Shown: one piece after another, positions 50,438 to 55,907 of the stretch
Numbering within the stretch: the first letter of the stretch is position 1
Layout of the letters: each line of letters opens with the position of its first letter
DNA from: Octopus bimaculoides
Lineage: Eukaryota
Length of the DNA: 55,907 nucleotides
Direction: 5' to 3'
Assembly: GCF_001194135.2 (NCBI RefSeq)
Contig: NC_068984.1
Location: forward strand, 82,960,513-83,016,419
Made by a program: the position numbers and the translations under genes
The notes under the pieces: model-generated
The model's database searches: none
What the model saw: the letters and a program-made list of their open reading frames with translations, nothing else
Told to the model about the DNA's origin: nothing

Positions 50438-51695
50438 GAGAGAGAGAGAGAAAGGTAGATACGTTTGTATGTATATACATATATATGTGTGTATATTTAT
50501 GTGCATATACATATATATATAAACACATATATATGTATCTGTATATGTGTATCTGTATATATGTATATACGCATATATGTGTATATGTATATATGCATGC
50601 ATGTACATGTATATGCATATGTATGTATATATATATATCTGTTTGTATATACATAAATACATGGATATATATATATTTATATATATAAACATAATTAAGG
50701 GATCAATGAAGCAAATATTTGCTGATCCCTTAATTATGTTTATAAATATATATGAGCTTTTAAATAAGTTCTCCACCAATAATGGTGCTTACATACCGAT
50801 GGGCTTGGTAAAAATTATTAATTATTAATTGATTTATTAATTAATAAATTGATAATCCTTTACCTTTTTAATTTGTAATATTTATATNNNNNNNNNNNNN
50901 NNNNNNNNNNNNNNNNNNNNNNNNNNNNNNNNNNNNNNNNNNNNNNNNNNNNNNNNNNNNNNNNNNNNNNNNNNNNNNNNNNNNNNNNNNNNNNNNNNNN
51001 NTATATATATATATATATATATATATGTTTATTTATTTATATATCTATATACATACACTAATACATGTATGTATGTGTGTACACATTCTCACCAAGACAT
51101 AACATCACAAAGTCCTCACTAAATAGTTAACAAGTTAAGATATTTTAGTGCTGCGACATTTGTCTACGAGATAAATATGGAACAGAGTCACACAACTCAG
51201 AAAAGAAAAAAAAACATCACATCACATAAAAGAAAGAAACACACACACACACACACTTACATAAACGTATATATATCTGCATGTGTGAGCGCACACATGT
51301 NNNNNNNNNNTATATCTGCATGTGTGAGCGCACACATGTGTGTACGTGAGCAGGTGCGCGTGTGAATGTGCGGGTTGTGTGTGAAGTATGCTTAAGCAGG
51401 GTTTTCTTCTACTTCCTTTTTATTATATCTATTATTTCTATTACTTTACATCGACTTGTATCGATGGTTAGCTACTACTGTTAACTGCTTTAGTCGCTGA
51501 TAATGTTGATGTTGATGTCGGCGGTGTTTCTTGTTGTTGTAACTTAGTTTGTTTTTTTTGCTCTTATTGTATTTTAATGCTTTAGTTCTTGTTACTATTG
51601 TCGCTGTTGTTTTATTTATTTATTTACTATTATTATTATTATTGCCCTTCTTTTTCTTCTTCTTATTATTATCATCATTACTATTATTATCATCA

Positions 51696-51736
<41 letters not shown>

Positions 51737-52182
51737 GCTTTGTCTTTGTCTTTCTTGTTAGTGGCATTGACAAAGCTTAAAGAATTTAGCCTGAAAATAT
51801 TTGCTTTTCTAAAGAACATAACAAGTGTATTGTCAAGTTCGTTCATAGAAGTCAAGAATTATTCTTACTGCTGCCAATTTGAATAAAATGGCCTTTCTAT
51901 CCAAGGGCAGAGGTTGTTTGCAGTTAAATGTGATTCCAAAACATTTTACTAGGACACGATGTCAAGCCACAAAGATGAGACAATTGCTAAAGGTTGGTAT
52001 TGATGCTCGATACAAAAACGATGCTAAGAGATGGAAAATGTCAGAGCCATAAGCAAATTCCTTTCATTTTCTTTCATCTCTAATTTTTTTTACTGCCTTA
52101 TTTCTTTGGTCGTTATTGACTTCTTTTGATTAAACAAAAAAGGCCAAGTTAATTCAAGTGTTGTGTATGGAATCGTTCCCTG

Positions 52183-52315
52183 CATACATACATACATGCA
52201 TACATACATACATACATACATACATACATACATACATACATACATACATAGACGCACGTACATACATACATAAACACAAATGCATACATACATACCTACA
52301 CAATGCATGCATGCA

Positions 52316-52349
<34 letters not shown>

Positions 52350-52350
52350 C
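52183..52350 (+). repeat. (CATA)n microsatellite
   Basis: Direct reading. Confidence 0.95.
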
Positions 52351-52852
52351 ATATGTAGGTACGTACGCATTACAAATTGGCAGGGCCATTTGAGCTTCGA
52401 ATGGAATTCTTTGCGATATTCATTTTGGTTCTATGCGTGCGCTCTGAGTTCAAATCCAGCTGAGGTCAACTTTGCCTTTCCTCTTTTTTAGTTCGATAAA
52501 TAAAGTACCTCTCCAAGATGGAAAAACAGCGGAATTGATATAATATCGATACTTGTTCTGGTTCTTTGTATTCTGAATTCAAATTTCATCCATCTCTAAA
52601 TTAACAAGCCACACTAACGTTTCATTCAGTAAAGAATTGAAAAGTACTCAATGGAAAGGAAATAAACATATGATATATACGATCAAATTGTTCACTTCAT
52701 ATATATACCTGGTACTAATTTATCGATCCTCATCCATCTCAAAGTGAAATGAAAACAAAGTCGACTTCTGTGGAACTTGAACTCACAACTGTTAGGTGCC
52801 AAATCACACGCGGTAAAATACCCACTTCAGCGTTCTTCTGCCATGGACATCT

Positions 52853-52979
52853 TCACAGAACTTCATATGGTTTATTTTGAAAGGACATCGATGCATAAAC
52901 ATTTTTTAAATTCATTCCTGGCGACTGGACCATAATATTGTCAACATCTGATAATTCATATTTTATGCAGACGAGATCT
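52853..52979 (-). CDS. Putative terminal exon of an unidentified gene
   Basis: atttctactcAG|(R)DLVCIKYELSDVDNIMVQSPGMNLKNVYASMSFQNKPYEVL*; phase 2 matches the upstream donor. Confidence 0.55.
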
Positions 52980-53627
52980 CTGAGTAGAAATTACATTTTA
53001 AGCTGAAGAATAAGAAGATAAATTAGAGGAAATCAAGTCACTGACAAGTCTTTTCTTTTAAAATTCATTTAACGTCAAAACTGATCACATTTATAGGAGA
53101 CAAACAAATCTTAACTCATATCAGTAAAAGTACTACTACATCCAGTTTTTACATGATCTTTTTCAGTGAAAACTAAATACGACATTATCTCTATCTTTAG
53201 TTATTTTTTTTTTCAAGTGTCTACGTAGAACATTCACAGTCAAATAAGAAATATTTGGTGCCAACATATATATGCGTAATATATGCAACTGTATGATTAC
53301 TATTGAGACACTTCAATTTACTTGTATACGCAAAGTAAAACGTTGTCATTAATGTGATTTCACATGCGTATGGTTAAGAACAGTACTCCGCTACTTCGCG
53401 GTTTCATGTTCGGTCCAAATGCGTGGCACTTGGGTAAGTGTTTTCTCTTATGGCCTCCGGGCAGATCAATGCTTTAAGAGCGAATGTGGTCGATGGAAAC
53501 CGTTGTAGAAGTGGAAAAAAAAAATGAAAATTACAAAGCGACTTCCTTATTTTATATCGCAACAAGGGAACAATAGCGCCATTATTTACAGACTTCTAAC
53601 AGGCAAATCATTGGTTCCTTGCATTAC

Positions 53628-53809
53628 CGACAGCAAGAATGATGGGGAGTGTCTGTAAATCGATGTAGATCAAATATCACAGGGGCCATCGTTCGTAAAG
53701 CAACATTGGAACTTTTTTGATCCTCTCGCCATTGTTTCCATCCTTCGCTAATATATAGTTTTCTGAACGATAAGCGTATTCCAAATTTCACTCCATGATA
53801 TTGGTTAAT
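53628..53809 (-). CDS. Putative penultimate exon of an unidentified gene
   Basis: tataaccccAG|INQYHGVKFGIRLSFRKLYISEGWKQWRE...APVIFDLHRFTDTPHHSCC(R)|GTAATG; an alternative in-frame acceptor starts the exon at 53762. Confidence 0.6.
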
Positions 53810-54539
53810 CTGGGGTTATAGTAGGGGATATTTGATCAAAGTGTCACTGTGCAGCGGGATTGAATATCAAACTAAGTGGTTGCAACGCAAACTCCTTAAC
53901 CACACAATCGTGTATTAGTGAAAATGATATATACTATAAATCACAATTCCCTTCAGACGTTGCTACACCTTGTCAAATATATAGACTTCCTACCAAGGGA
54001 AGCTTCGACATGGCAAAATGCCTGTGTCCCTTAGACCACACAACTTTCATTCTTCAAAAAGGAAGGACACATGGCATAGCATAGTCCTAAATACATTATA
54101 CCTGGAAAAGGAGCAGGTTGCTTACAGCTGAAATGCCTTTGATCTTAAGTCTGCTCGATCAAAGCAAAACTAGATTTAAACAAAAAACAACAGCAATAGC
54201 AGCGATCAAATCTTCTTTAAATCCCACTATTCCTTAATAAACAAGGAAGGAAACATTGAATCGTTATAGTCTTAGAACTTAAAAAGAAAGATGGGATAGT
54301 CATAGACAGAATTGCGTTCATTATAGGTTCTTTTAATGCTGGTTGAGTTGCAGTTAAATAGCAACAGTAATAGCGAAAACAAAACAATACAAGGGTTCTA
54401 CAGCGAATATGAGTCATCACTACTATCAAGTGTGCTGTCACCATTAAGGGCAATCTTGCAGTGGCAAGATTTGAAATTTATAATCTACGAAGCACCACTC
54501 TGCAGCAGACGAACTTATTTTCAGCTGATTGGTCTAGAG

Positions 54540-55123
54540 TAGTGGTTCTCAATGGGCGTCAATGTGGCCCCTGAGGATCCATATAAGATTTGGGGTGGGG
54601 GACACGCAACAAAATAATAGATTGGGGATCCACAATAGTAGTATAAGAGCCCTTGAAAAGATTTTGCTTCCGATCTATGTTTTGGTATGTATTGCAAAAA
54701 ACAGCTAGGTTTCTTTCTCTAACATTTTACGTTGTTCAATCTACACAAATTAATATGTGAAAGACAAAATAAGAATTTGGAAAGAAGTTTCTATAAAACT
54801 AATTTTTAAACATCACATGACTAGGGTGTCCACCAGAATCAAAAAAGTAATCAAAGGGGTCCACACATGCAAAATAGTAAATTGAAGACCTACAGCAGTA
54901 TTTTAAGGAACCCTGTAAAAGTTTATTACAAGAAACTAGGTTTCTTTCTCTAACATTTTACATAGTTCAACCTACACAAATGAATGTGTGAAAAACAAAA
55001 TAAGAATTTTGAAAGAAGTTCTATAAAACTAGTTTTTAAACGTCGAATGAATATGGGGGTCCACCAGAATAAAATAATAATCAAAGGGGTTTATAGATAA
55101 AAAAAAATGGTTGAGAACCCCTG
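54540..55123. mobile_element. hAT (Charlie-like) MITE
   Basis: TIR TAGTGGTTCTCAA / TTGAGAACCCCTG; 8-bp TSD GTCTAGAG (54532-54539) / GGCTAGAG (55124-55131), matching the NTCTAGAN target. Confidence 0.88.
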
Positions 55124-55325
55124 GGCTAGAGCAACGTCGCCTTGTCCAAGGACATCGTGATTGTGAGTCCAACGATCTAACTATTGTACTTGATCATTAT
55201 ACAAGGGGTCATGAATCTCTTTCTTTCTCCTCCTCTCACTTCCCCCCTCTCTCTCTCGCTCTCTCGCTCTCATTCACTCTTCTCTTCTCACTCACTCCCA
55301 CTTCTCTCTCTCTGTTATTATTTAC

Positions 55326-55421
55326 CTGATGTTGGTCGAGGGCGGAAACAACGTGGTTTATCTTCCACCAAATGATTACACAATCCTAGAGTAGGTTTGT
55401 CACCGCATCCTTTCCATACAT
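55326..55421 (-). CDS. Putative 96-nt exon (phase 1/1), possibly the same unidentified gene
   Basis: ttgttttcaatgccAG|(D)VWKGCGDKPTLGLCNHLVEDKPRCFRPRPTS|GTAAAT; only this frame is open. Confidence 0.55.
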
Positions 55422-55458
55422 CTGGCATTGAAAACAAAACAAAGCACAAAGAAATGAT

Positions 55459-55509
<51 letters not shown>

Positions 55510-55685
55510 CTTTTCTATTATAGGCACAAGGCCTGAAATTTGGGGCAGGGGTATAGGCGATTACATAGAAAGGATGAAAGGCAAAGTCGACCTCGGCGGA
55601 ATTTGAACTCAGAACGTATCGATGGGCGAAATACCGCTAAGCATTTCGTCCAGTGCGCTAACAATTCTGCCAGCTCGCCGCCTTA
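55510..55685 (-). mobile_element. SINE family B, followed by (TAA)n(GAA)n
   Basis: Reverse complement of the family B body. Confidence 0.8.
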
Positions 55686-55907
55686 ATAATAATAATAATA
55701 ATAATAAGAAGAAGAAGAAGAAGAAGAAGAAGAAAAAGAAGAAGAAGAAGAAATTCAAACTAAAACTAGAACAGCAACAGACCATGATAAAACGATGGCA
55801 AGAAAAGCCCCTACATGGTAAATACTGGGCTAAACTAAATGCAAAAGAAATAGACAGAGAAAAATCCCAGCAATGGCTGAGAAGCTCAGGACTCAAAGCA
55901 GAGACTG

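Noticed and set aside
51272-51340. Duplicated tatatctgcatgtgtgagcgcacacatgt
   Set aside because: The copies flank a 10-N gap, so this is a probable contig-overlap artefact.
52820-52855. Possible selenocysteine readthrough of the TGA (VL*RCPW)
   Set aside because: Downstream sequence runs into a decayed SINE, and no SECIS or redox motif was seen.

Overview
AT-rich, microsatellite- and SINE-dense eukaryotic genomic DNA with several N gaps. The repeat families look like octopus/coleoid repeats (inference). Two genes were reconstructed by hand and lie head-to-head. GOSR2/membrin is on the minus strand, with a 212-aa CDS in only two exons (5241-4970, 4734-4368). ECHDC3, a mitochondrial enoyl-CoA hydratase-like gene, is on the plus strand, with 10 coding exons (17958-44243) and about 289 aa. 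A third, unidentified minus-strand gene appears to end at 52853; its exons are too short for the ORF track. The rest is mobile-element debris: RTE, CR1-like, R4/Dong-like and Tx1-like LINEs, a Chapaev/CMC-like transposase relic, a mariner derivative, a hAT MITE, an 8-bp-TSD TIR element spanning a gap, and tRNA-derived SINEs. The most notable structural signals are a near-perfect 135-bp hairpin in ECHDC3 intron 4, minimal hammerhead-ribozyme-like motifs, and a decayed telomere-like tract abutting the truncated transposase. No database searches were possible; family calls rest on recognised motifs.
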